From Octopus sinensis (Eukaryota): a stretch of 64,000 nt of DNA. The stretch covers positions 129,580,001 through 129,644,000 of the forward strand of contig NC_042997.1 in NCBI RefSeq assembly GCF_006345805.1, given 5' to 3'. The notes beneath the pieces were generated by a model. That model saw only the letters and a list, made by a program, of their open reading frames with translations. It was not told the origin of the DNA and ran no database searches. Positions 37,791 through 49,800 of this stretch are shown piece after piece. The translations under genes were made by a program, and so were the position numbers. Position 1 is the first letter of the stretch. Each line of letters starts with the position of its first letter.

Positions 37791-38914
37791 GTCAATGCCA
37801 GAACTGCCTGGCTCCTGTGCTGGTGGGACGTAAAAAGCACCATTCGAGCATGGTCGATGCCAGTGCCACCTGCCTGGCCCTCATGCTGGTGGCATGTAAA
37901 AAGCACCCACTACACGCTTGGAGTGGTTGGCATTGGGAAGGACACCCAGCTGTGGAAACCTTGCCAAAACAGATTGGAGCCTGGTGCAGCCTCCTGGCTT
38001 GCCACTCCTCAGTCAAACTGTCCAACCCATGCCAGCATGGAAAGCAAATGTTAAGCTGATGATGATGTTATAATCATTGTTTCATCATTCACTTTCATTG
38101 CTTGTATTGGTCAGATAAAATTTGAGGCAGCTTTTTTACAAGTGGATGCTCCTCTTGTTATCAAGTCTTTGTACATCAAAAATACTACAAATGTAAAACC
38201 TAATTACAACATAAACATTCCATTTCCACTCTATACACAAACCACAGCATTCCAGAACAACTACAATGCTATCCTCCCTACTCCTGCTCTATTATAACAC
38301 TACTCTAATATCCCAGGACACTATAACCTTCATTCATTTTTAGATAAATGCAAGTCCATATATATATATATATAGGTTGATGCCAGTGCTCCCCTCCCCA
38401 ATTAGCTCCTGTGCCAGTGACACGTAAAAAGGACCATCCGAATGTGGTTGATGCCAGTGCTGCCTGACTGGCTGTCGTGCTGGTGATGTGTAAAAAGCAC
38501 CCACTGTACTCTCGGAGTGGGTTATGTTAGGAAGGGCTTCCAGCTGTAGAAACCTTGTCAGATCAGATTGGAGCCTGGTGCAGCCTTCTGGCTTGCCAGT
38601 CTCATGTCAAACCGTCCAACCCATGGAAAGCATGGAAAACGAAAGTTAAGCAATGATGATGATGATCTACACCCACAATACTCATACCGCTTATATTTAC
38701 AACACCCCAAACACTTCTATATATAATGCTTCCTCACTCCCCCCAGTAGAAGCAACAACCTTAACAATTCTAACATTTGAATGATGGTAGGTTAAAAGCA
38801 AGAACAACTATTATGACGGCTGTTACCAGACAATCACGTGAGCCTTCTTTTCAGGTGCCGAATAACATCTCTCCTTCCTGTGTTACCTCCCATATCTTTT
38901 TCCCAGTTTTCAGA

Positions 38915-41900
38915 CTTGGCACTGTAAATGTAGGCACATTGAAAGGTAGGTCTAGCAAGATTGTAGAGATGCTTGAATGGAGACATGTTGATGTATGTTG
39001 CATACAAGAGGTGGAGAGGAGCTTCAGCCAGGGTCCTCACAAACAAAGCACATAGTGATGGAATAGTGGGTGTGGGCATACTTCTTGCAGAGGAATGGGT
39101 GGATAAGGTCATAGAGATAGTGAGGGTGTGTGATAGAGTATTTAAACTCAGGCTAGTCTTGCAGAATGGTATAGCTACAGTTATCTCTGCCTACATGGGT
39201 CTATCAAATGAAAAGAAAGGAACACTTTTATGATATTCTTCTGCAGGCTACCTCAAAGATGAGTGACAATGGTCTCATTTTTGTGGCTGGAGATTTTAAT
39301 GGGCATGTTGGACACCAACCTGCTATCTTCCATGGTGTACATGGGGGCCATGGAATTGGTACCAGAAATGAAGAGGGAACTAGGCTCCTGGAGTTCTGTG
39401 TGATCTGCAACACCAACTTCAGGAAGCCAGCTAGTCACCTGATAACCTATCAATCAGGTGACTCTGCGAGCCAGATTAATTTCATTCTTACCAGACAGTG
39501 GGATGCAAAGTTGCTCTTAAATACAAAGACCCTCCTGGTGAAGAATGTACCCCACAACATAGACTAATTATTAGTGACTTTAGACTCAAGGCCAGAAGGA
39601 TGCCAAAAAGCAGACCAATCTGGAAAAGAAGGACTTGGAAGCTTAAGAACTCTTCACATGGTTAGAGATTTAGGGATATCTTTACCTAGAACTTTGATAA
39701 GGAGGAGGAGCTACAGTCCTGTGACATAGAAGGCAGCTGGGAATTCCTACGAGACAGATTGCTGAGTGCCACAGACCAAATCTGTGGCTGGTGCAAAGTC
39801 TCTTCCGAACCTATGTAACATGGTGGTGGGAAAATACTGAGATGCTTAAAATATCAGGTGGTGTAGGTTATGGTCTAGTCACTCACATTGTAAATCAGGT
39901 AGTTCGTGAAGGAGTCATACCCAATAACTGGTGATGCTTTAGATAGAAATAACTATAGGGATATCAAATTATTGGAACAGATGATGAAAGTTACAGAGAG
40001 GGTCATAGCCCAACTAATTAGGGAGAGAGTTAGCCTAGATGAGATGCAGTTTGGTTTTGTGCCAGGTAGAATCACCACTGATGCTATATTTCTGGTAAGG
40101 CAAGTGCAGGAGAAATATCTAGCCAAAGATAAACATCTGTATTTGGCTTTTGTTGACTTGGAAAAAGCCTTTGATAGGGCCCCCTGATCCCTTATCTGGT
40201 GGTCAATGAAGAAACTGGGGATAGACAAGTGGTTGGTAAGAGCTGTACAAGCCCTGTACAGGGATGCGTCAGTAAGGTGAGGGTTGGCAATGAGTATAGC
40301 TCTGAGTAGAAGTAGGGGTTCACCAAGGATCAGTTCTCAGCTCCCTCTTATTCATTATAGTCTGTCAGGAAATAACAGAGGAATTCAAGACAGGCTGCCC
40401 CTGGGAGCTCCTCTATGTTGATGACCTTGCACTAATAGCCGAGTCACTGCTAAAACTAGAGACGAAGTTTAGGGTGTGAAAGCAAGGTCTAGAATCAAAG
40501 GGCCTTAGGGTCATCCTAGAAAGTCTTAGTAGGAAGGCTGTCAAACCACAATCCCCTTCAGGTAGATAGCCTGACTTAATCTCTGGAAAAGGCGTGGATA
40601 GAAACTCCATACGATGTACCCATTGTAAGCTATGGACACAAAAGGTGCAGCAATATCAAAGGAAAGTTAACTGGGAAAATAGTTTTTGTGTGTGGCAGAT
40701 ACACAGGGGCAGTAAACACTGAAAATGTGCAGACAACAGGTTCCATCACATGCCAGGGGGAGAAACTATAAGTAGTTAATAGCTTCCACTACCTAGGCGA
40801 CCAAGTCTGTAGTGGGGGTGGTTGCTCTGAGATGGCAGCTGCTAGAATGAGAATAGCTTGGGCAAAGTTCAGAGAGCTCCTATCTCTGCTGGCAACTAAG
40901 GGCCTCTTGCTCAGGGAGAAAGGTAGACTGTGTGATGCATGTGTGTGAACTGCCATGCTACACAGCAGTGCAACATGGGCCATGACTGCTGAAGACATGC
41001 GTAGGCTTGAAAGAAATGAAGCTAGTATGATCTGCTGGATGTGTAATGTCAGTGTGCATACACAACAGAGTGTAAAGCGCCTTGAGAGTTGGGCATGAGA
41101 AGCATCAAATATGGTGTGCAAGAGAGACGACTGCACTGGTATGGTCATGTGTTACGTATGGATGAGGACAGCTGTGTGAAGAAGTGTCACATCCTAACTG
41201 TGGAAGAGGTAGACCCAGGAAGACATGGCATGAGGTAGTGCAGCATAACCTTCGAACATTGGGCCTCACAGAGGCAATGACAGGTGACTGAGATCTTTGG
41301 AGATATGCTGTGCTTGAGAAGACCCGGCAACTAAAGTGAGATCGCAGCATGTCCGGCCCAGTTAAGAGTACCCCTGATGTGTTGTGCGATATGATATGCT
41401 TGAGAAGACCTGTTGAGTCTAGTAAAACCAATATCGTAGCTGTAGCCAGTGTCCCCTGACTGGCTCCTGTGCTGGTGGTACGTAAAAAACTCCATCGGAA
41501 TGCAGTTGATGTTGGCGCCGCCTGACTGGGTTCCTGTGCTGGTGGCATGTAAAAAACACCATCCAAATGTGGCCAATGCCAGTGCTCCCTGACTGGCTTT
41601 TGTGCCAGTGACAGGTAAAAAGTACCGACCGAACGTGGCTGATGCCAGTACTCTCTGACTGGCCCCTGTGCCGGTGGCATGTAAAAAGCACTATTCGAAC
41701 ATGATCGATGCCAGGCCTTCCTCACTGGTTCCTGTGCCGGTGGCATATAAAGAGCACCCACTACATTCTCAGAGTGGTTGGCGTTAGGAAGGGCATCCAG
41801 CTGTAGAAACATTGCCTGAGCAGATTGGAGCCTGGTGCAGCTGCTAGCTCTCCAGACCTCAGTCAAACCATCCAACCCATGCCAGCATGGAAAGCAGACA

Positions 41901-41916
41901 TTAAATGATGATGATG

Positions 41917-41920
<4 letters not shown>
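38915..41920 (+). mobile_element. Near full-span RTE LINE pseudocopy (APE endonuclease, internal deletion near 39835, RT, PHD-like finger, C-terminus, 3' UTR array, tail)
   Basis: LGTVNVGTL, DVCCIQE, AGDFNGHVG, QFGFVPGR, AFVDLEKAFD, HQGSVLS, LLYVDDL and RGRPRKTW. Five ~66-bp UTR units and a (GAT)n tail. Confidence 0.95.
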
Positions 41921-41966
<46 letters not shown>

Positions 41967-42405
41967 GAGAGAGAAGGATCTGTGTTTTTGTGTGTGCAAG
42001 AGCAACAGAAAATATCAGTGATGTTTTAAAATATTCATTCCTACTACTGTTTCACTAATTCTTTCCTAATATCATTCTGTAATTTTTAAGAAGTATCTTA
42101 ATTAAATATAAATCACAAAATAAAAAAGCATGCTGTACGATGTCTGCTTCAGTACAATTTCTGGACCTGTCAGATCCTATAGCACCACCCTACCTATCCC
42201 AGCATAGGAGGCAGGTGTTAAATGATGATGATGATGATCTATATATGTATGCACACACACACAAAATCTGCAACATTGATAACCTTCATTAATTCCAAAC
42301 ACTATTAAGTTGTACACACTAGAGCAGTGGTTCCTAACCTTGGGTTTGTGGACCCCTGGTGATCCTACTGAGGGTCAGTGAATTAAATTAAAAACTTCAT
42401 ATATA

Positions 42406-42543
42406 TATATAAGAATTTTTTGCGTAATAAGATAAAAAAACCAAGGCTGTATAGATAGAAGGTCTAGACATTCTATCTATAAATGCTATAATATCTATAC
42501 AGCCTTGGTTTTTTTATCTTATTACGCAAAAAATTCTTATATA
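42406..42543. repeat. Perfect 52-bp inverted repeat
   Basis: Arms 42406-42457 and 42492-42543 are exactly complementary. Confidence 0.95.
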
Positions 42544-42688
42544 CAAACGTTGACCAACGTTGAACCCTTTATTCGCAATACTACCAAATCTGGAACTTAA
42601 CTATAGTCTGTTTATAGCACTTATTCAGCATTACCTGACGCCATTGGGTCTCAATGACACCATTATCTCTTTTATATATATATATATG

Positions 42689-43200
42689 GCCGATGCCAAT
42701 GCTGCCTTGACTGGCTTCCGTGCCGGTGGCACGTAAAAAGCACCACCCAATCGTGGCCGTTGCCAGCCTACCCTGGCACCTAAAAAAAAGCACCATCCCT
42801 ACATGGCCAATGCCAGTGCCGCCTTGACTGGCTTCCGTGCTGGTGGCACGTAAAAAGCACCAACTGATCGTGGCCGTTGCCAGCCTCCCCTGGCAATTGT
42901 GCCGGTGGCACGTAAAAAACACCATCCATATGTGGTCGATGCCAGCGCCGCCTTGACTGGCTTCCGTGCCGGTGGCACATAAAAAGCACCAGCCGATCGT
43001 GGCCATTGCAAGCCTCCCCTGGCACCTGTGCCGGTGGCACGTAAAAAGCACCCACTACACTCACGGAGGAAGGGCATCAAGCTGTAGAAACACTGCCAGA
43101 TCAGACTGGAGCCTGGTGCAGCCTCCTAGCTTCCCAGACCCCGGTTGAACCGTCCAACCCATGCTAACATGGAAAACGGACGTTAAACGATGATGATGAT
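42689..43200 (+). mobile_element. Young RTE 3' UTR copy with a six-unit alternating hairpin array
   Basis: Units at 42720, ~42775 (partly deleted), 42837, 42899, 42966 and 43028. CpGs retained; (GAT)n tail. Confidence 0.9.
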
Positions 43201-43999
43201 ACACACACACACGTACACACACACACATACACACACACATAAGGATAAGCATATTAAAAGGAGTCTGTGTGAAAACTCATTTCAATAAAAAGGGTTGGGA
43301 ACCACTGCGAAAAGGTTGGAAATCACTGCAATAGAGATAAGAATGTACTACAGTTACATACTAGAGGTATAAAACGATGTAGGAGGAGTTAGCAAACAAC
43401 TCCGCAAACACACCCACAGACAGAATTTCCCACATATGTAGTAGATAAAGTTATTATGTATATTGACCCCTTTATCTATTTAATTTTGGCCTACATTATA
43501 AGTAGTAATATTAGGAATAATTGTCCTTATTTTGCCTGTGAGGTCTAGTTTCTACTTCAATCAGGCTCGCAAAGCAAAATGAGTTTGACACACCTACATG
43601 ATTAGTTGAGCTGCTGGAAGGGGAGAAACATTAGCTGCTGCAAGGGGTTTTATTGAGTATTATACAGTATTTGTTTAATATTTTACCTAAAGTTAGATGC
43701 AAACACACAGGTATTAATTATAATTGCTGTTAGGTAGTTGTATATTATCTCCTCATTTCTATGGATGATCTGTTAAGGTTCACAGATATTTGTGTTTTAG
43801 ATAAGTTCAAAAGTTTATCACTATCCTCTTGCTCTTCTCTTTCTCTCTCTTCCTCCCCCCCTCTCTCTCTCTCTCACACACACAATAGGACATATTTAGG
43901 ATCCACTTAACTGTTGAACTCTATGATAAACCAGCAACTGTATCACTAGGTTTAGAGGACAGAATTTTCAGATAACTAACTAGTTGCATTGCTCTTACC

Positions 44000-44078
44000 A
44001 TGTCTGATGAACCTGAACTTACAGAATGGCAAAAATACCTTTTAGATGAAGACACAGACATTGCTATCTGTCAGAATG
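44000..44078 (+). CDS. Candidate alternative first coding exon (1c) of CNEP1R1, MSDEPELTEWQKYLLDEDTDIAICQN
   Basis: ACCATG start with in-frame stops just upstream, 26 codons + G, strong donor G/GTAAGA. Phase 1, matching exon 2. Non-repetitive, protein-like composition. Confidence 0.5.
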
Positions 44079-46014
44079 GTAAGAAAAGATTTCATTTTAA
44101 GTTTCTTGTAGACATAACTTCACAATTTTCATTTGTGTCTAATTTACTATTAAGAAATTCCAGCTACAGATTGCTTTTAGAAAGACCCTTTAAAAGACTT
44201 AAAGCTCAAGTTTTGTTTTAGACTATCACTTTTTAATTTTAATTTTTAAAAATATATAGATATTGAAGTAGTAAATAAACTAAATTTTAAAACTTTAGAT
44301 TTAGTTTTTCTTTAATGGCAATATATTTAAAATATATTTTAAGTTGCTAACTCATATTGAAGTAGATAGATTTTGCCTGAAAAATCAAATTTTAGAGTAG
44401 AATTTCTACAAAAGAAAGGAACAAATCAAAGTGAAATTTTGGTAGAAAAGTTAACCAATATTTGAGAAAACTTGATGAGAATATTTTGTGAATAAATTGC
44501 TAGATAACCATAAATGATATGAAGGAGTGTTATACATATGATAGTGCTGTGATAATAGAAGAAAAATTTAGAAAAATCCTACCTTTGTGTCTCATGAATT
44601 TGGTGATTTAGAATTCTGTGGTTAGTGATAAGTTTGTATTTCCATAATTGTGTACAATATTATATAATGTAAATAACACAAATCCATATATGTGGTGTTT
44701 CCAATACTTCAGTTTGATGCTGTTAATGTTTGTGGAGTAATATTATTATTGCAATGTCAGCTTTGTGATTGCTGTATTGGTAATATCATGATGTTCTTGT
44801 AGTAATCACTGCTCTATATCAACATAATTTAAAATGCAAAAACTATTTTCCATAACAATATAATAAAACCTGAAATTCCACCTTTAGTTGTAATATTCTG
44901 TGGGTAAAATAAATTCAGTATTCCTGGTACCGTCTTACAGTGTTGTTAAGTGACAAACATATATTACATTCTGTCTACTACACCATTGAGGGTATCTCAA
45001 AATGATAGAGATGAAAGTGTGTCCTTCATAAATTGGCCTGTTCATCAAACATTTTCATACTCACTTTGTTCAGAGGGCGTTTTCTGTAAAATTTCAGTGA
45101 GATTCGGTAGACAGTAATGTTCAGTTAGTGCTATCAGATTGAATTGGGTTGATAATAGATGTAAGAGCAAAGGTAGGTGAAGGACCAGTTGTATCCAGAT
45201 AGTAAACTTCTCCCGACCACTACAGGCCCTAAATACCATGCTCACCCTTTATCTCCCCATCAACCCTGATATAGCACAACTTATCTTTACATTTATAATT
45301 ATTTGATTCTGATATCTTTTATTTTGATTGCAGCTACTTATGATATGACATCCTCCTCCACAGTGTCCTATTAATGTGAAATTCCAAATTAGTTGACATG
45401 CAGAGCAAAAAGAAATAAACTGAATATTTAAGAAATTTTAACCCTTGCAAGTTCTTACCTTTATTAAGATCTAAGGAAACTGCATCCATATATAGAATTT
45501 TTCATTACTTTTCTCTATTGAAAGTCTTAAAGGATAGTTTCAAAGCTTTCTGCTACATGTTCATTAGTTTTCCTAAGAGTTTCACCTTCTTTATTATAGT
45601 GATCAATATTATTTTAGTAGTCTTATTATTACTGAGAGCTTTCACTGTGCAGCCTAGTACAGTTCTGTGTACCTTCATTACATGCAGTTTTCTTTTGTTT
45701 TCTTATTGTATTGAACATACTCTGTGTAACATGTGTGCCTTGCTTAGTTGTGCTATTTTCTGTATGTTGTGTGTGAGTGTGCTGAGGAGTTGTAAATTCA
45801 ATCACAATAAAGAAAGTACATGATAACAATGAGAATGTTATTATTCATATTCTCTTCTGATCGATAAATCTGATTAGCTGTGACAAGCTATGATCAACCA
45901 TGATAAAAACTACTTACAGAAAAATGTATGTTGCAGATATATTCAAAAGGACTGAATGTTAAAGATATAAACACAATATTCTTCAAACCTGCTGTTGATG
46001 TGTGTGTGCATGTA

Positions 46015-46047
<33 letters not shown>

Positions 46048-46054
46048 TTTATTT

Positions 46055-46345
46055 ATGTGCCTTTTTCAAGCCTAGCCAGGCTCATGAGCCTGGTTTCCCG
46101 GTTTCTGTGGCATATGTGTTCCCCCCAGCTGGACGAGATGCCAGTCCATCGCAGCGTTACTCAAGAAACAGGAAGAGAGAGTGAGAGAAAGTTGTGGCGA
46201 AAGAGTACAACAGGGGTCGCCCAACCGGTGCCTCGTGGAGCTTTAGGTGTTTTCGCTCAATAAACACACACAGTGCCCGGTCTGGGAATCGAAACCGTGA
46301 TCCTCCGACCACGAGTCCGCTACCCTAACCATTGCCATTGCGCCT
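46055..46345 (-). mobile_element. Full-length tRNA-derived SINE
   Basis: The reverse complement starts GGCGCAATGGCAATGGTTAGG (A box) and has GGTTTCGATTCC (B box). The body contains CTGCGATGGACTGGCATC. Relic copy near 57700-57815. Confidence 0.8.
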
Positions 46346-46385
<40 letters not shown>

Positions 46386-47365
46386 GCATATATATATATA
46401 TAGATATGTTATAAGCATACTAAGTGGCAATAATTGAAATAAAGATGTGTACACTTGTGTATTTAACATCTTGTACATCTGAACATAGAAAGATGTTTGC
46501 TGCATTCATAGTCTTGTAGAAAATTTTCTTCTAATAGGCCATGTTTGTAATACCACATTATGCTGGACTTTGAATAACATCATTAGATTGTCACTCATGT
46601 GTATGTGTTTTAGCATGATTACACACTCTCAGTGCCAAACCATGCTTCAGTCATTTGTGCATACATAAAACACATACATGCTGTATGTATCAGGTAGTTT
46701 ATTAGTAAAAGAAGCAACAAAATATACATGTATGTCAGGTGCCAGTGAGTCTGCATTGTGCAAAGACCTCTTCATACATGTGAGTTTGTAGTGAGCCTTT
46801 AATTGATTTGGTCTCGAAAGGGGCTGTGCCCATGACCTTTGCAGATCCTCTAAGATTGATGAGATTGATACCATTAATCTTACCCTTAAACTAATGCAAG
46901 TTGATGACTGCAGAGAAAAATATGTAAGGAAGGAATTTCACAAGAGCTAAACATCATGCAAAGTAGGTTAGTACAGGATGGAGGTGGATACAATAAGGGG
47001 TGATAGTAGGAGGAAGTGGAGTGAATTAGGAGTGCCAGAGTGAAGTTGGTACTAGCCTAACCTACTACAAAGAGCTGAGATTGCTATGGTAGCAGTAGAA
47101 AAGGAAGAAAGAATAACCAGTACATTTGTAGGCCAGAGGTTGGGGTGTATATGGTTTTACATTCACAACCCATGCTAGCATGGAGAATGGACGTTAAACG
47201 ATGATGATGATGATGATGGACTCTGTGTCCATGACTATATGTTTTTAATAAGTTATTAGGAAGTTAATCAAGTTACAAAGTTCTTGTAGAATTTTGTGCA
47301 ATGGAAATTGTAGCTGATTATGAAAATGCCATATATGTGAACTGTTGGTAAAAGATGGTGCTGCA

Positions 47366-47881
47366 CAGGCATGTCAAACATGCAGCCTGTGGGCTGCATG
47401 TGGCATAGCTAGAGATTTAAAAGTGGGGAACCCAAAAATTTTCAATAATAAAAGTAATTAAAAATATTGTCACATTTATGTATTTATTTTGCAAGATTCC
47501 TGATGTGAAATCACGTGTTGAAACAGATATTGTTGTATTTTGGGATGGCCATTTTTTCTCCAAAAAAGTGGCGTCCCAACATAACTGCAGCTTTCAAGCT
47601 GAAACTAGTTAAAGAATTAAATAGTGTGTGTGTTTATATGACATAAAAAAAAGAAAGAAAAAATGGATGACCATCCCAAAATATAACAATAATCAATAAT
47701 TCAATTAATAAAAATAGGATTATTGATGATCAAATGAAAGGTTTTAAAAGATTTTTACTTAATAACAAAAAATTGATATGAAAATCTTTGTTGTAAACAT
47801 GTGTTTAATAATATGCAGCCCTCATTGCAACATGTATGTGAGCAATGCAGCCCATAGAGGCTCTGCAGTTTCATATGCCTG
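47366..47881. mobile_element. hAT MITE with a nested small inverted-repeat element (47528-47691)
   Basis: CAGGCATGTCAAAC...GTTTCATATGCCTG termini. Inner TATTGTTGTATTTTGGGATGG / CCATCCCAAAATATAACAATA. Confidence 0.7.
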
Positions 47882-47999
47882 GTGTGGTGAACTCATAATA
47901 GCTCTTGTGTGAACTCAACTTCAGTTCTATTTGTTGGAGTGTATGATCATTGTACACAGTGCTGTTCTTCATGATGGTACCTCAGTTGCTGGTGAAACA

Positions 48000-49800
48000 G
48001 AATCTGAGTTGATGATTTAATAGCTGCCTTCTGTCCTTGTTAGCACATCTGCTATCTGTTGCTTCTATATCTGCTGTGAGACATGTGGTAACACTGTCAC
48101 TCTAAGCTACTCTGAATGATCCTGACACACTGAGCTGGGTTACATTATTTGACAATCACTGCAAACAATACCAGTTGATAAGTTTTTTTTCTGTTAGTTC
48201 TTCTACTTTAGTCATTAGAGACATTTGTTAATAAACCACTGTTCTGAGTCACTGATTGGTTACAAAGGTTGATAATGTAGGTTCATTTTGATACCTGTTT
48301 GTCTAAATGAGATGGTAGACTACTTGATTGGTCCAAAAACTAATGACATATGCCACTGGTGTTTCAGGCTGTTGCCACAGAAGCTGTCACTGAAGTGTGG
48401 CTGTAGCATGGTCCCATTCCTTGTTATGTAGATTCATGTTCCTGTTCCTGACCTGTTATAAATATACTATTGTAATACATTCATTAGAACTTTTAAGTTG
48501 TGAGGAGATGGTCGCTTATGTTTACATTGTCTTATCATCCCCAATGTGAATTCTTTTCTTCATTCACTTCTGCTTTGTTGATTCTTCTCAAGTATTTGCT
48601 ATATAGGCTTTTCTTGCTGATTGACAGAATTGTTAGAGCTGCTCTGATTCTCTGTGCTGAGTTCAAATCCTGTTGAGGTGAACTTCATCTTTCATCCTTT
48701 CAGAGTCAATAAAAAAAATTAAAATACTAATCCAACATGGTGGGCTAGTGGGACTGTAAGAACATTCAACCAGATGCTTTGTGGTATTTGTTCCAGTTCT
48801 GTGTGTTCTGGGTTAAAATCCCACCATAGCTCGCTTTAGTGCCAGATTTAATCTTTCACCTGGTATAAAACCATAATCTGACAAATTGGGTGTCTTTAGC
48901 AGAAATTTCTCTGTTGTAAGCATTCGAGCTAGATTTCCAGTTTGAGGATGCTTTCCTGTCTCCCTTCCACCAGTCTCAGAAGCCTTAGCTAAAACAGATA
49001 AAAATACTATTTTGTTGTTTCATTTTCAGTTTAGTTTGTTTCTCTGTTCTTGTCACAAAATGTGTGTTACCCCTGTGTTTCTATCTTATTTTTGTTTTGT
49101 TCATGTTTTGTAACTATTTTGTATTAGTTTCTCTTTATTATTTGATGTTTTTGTAGTCTTATGGTAGATATTTGATAGTATTTTTGTACTGGTTAGAGTT
49201 GTGATACATGTTAATTTTATTTTGGACTTTATAGTATTAATGTGATGCTTCTCCTAACATTCTCTCTGAATCTTTGTTCTCATTTGTATGTATTATACTC
49301 TATCTTGTTCATTTGTATCTATGTATTTGCATGTCTATGCTCGATCTAATTATCTTATCTCTGTGTGTCTTTATCTCACATGATATTAGTGGTTTTCATT
49401 AATTTTTCACTCTTCAATTATTACCTTGACGTATTTATTTTGAAAACTTAATTCCATACCAATTTCCCAACTGAATTCATGTACTGTATGTAACAGGGCT
49501 TTCAGTTGTTATCTGCAGAGTACAACCTGATATCCTTATATATAGTTGATTGTCTTCTCATGGTACATAGAACTTGTATCTGCATTCCATCTGGTTTAGC
49601 ATGTTGGTTAAAAGTGTTAACACCAGACTGAAGAGGAATAAGGAGAGAAAGTCCCCAATGGTTTTGTTTATTTTTCATTTTTCTCTTGGTGGTATCTGCA
49701 GAATTATTTTCTATTCATTCTTGACATATTTGATGTACCTACTTATTATTGTTGCTCCTTTAATCATAGCTGATGTTTATTGAACCCAGTCCATGCTCAG
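48000..49800 (-). mobile_element. Very old R4/NeSL-like (RLE-clade) LINE relic
   Basis: The reverse complement of 49450-49680 gives broken GDFLS.L.F.L.L..LTNMLN and YKDIRLYS, resembling QGDSLSPLLF...YMDDIKLY. Confidence 0.45.

Larger units (their letters stand above)
42325..43328. mobile_element. hAT MITE carrying nested insertions
   Basis: CAGTGGTTCCTAACC...GGTTGGAAATCACTG termini with a duplicated right end. TSD CACTAGAG / CAATAGAG. Confidence 0.75.

Noticed and set aside
41445-43052. CRISPR array
   Set aside because: Eukaryotic context, no cas genes, spacers homologous to each other, and the array is part of an RTE 3' UTR.
46270-46345. tRNA gene
   Set aside because: A and B boxes are present, but the sequence runs into a SINE body and lacks a proper acceptor stem.
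47499-47530. Third hammerhead motif (CTGATGTG...GAAAC)
   Set aside because: The core deviates from CUGANGA and I found no convincing stems.
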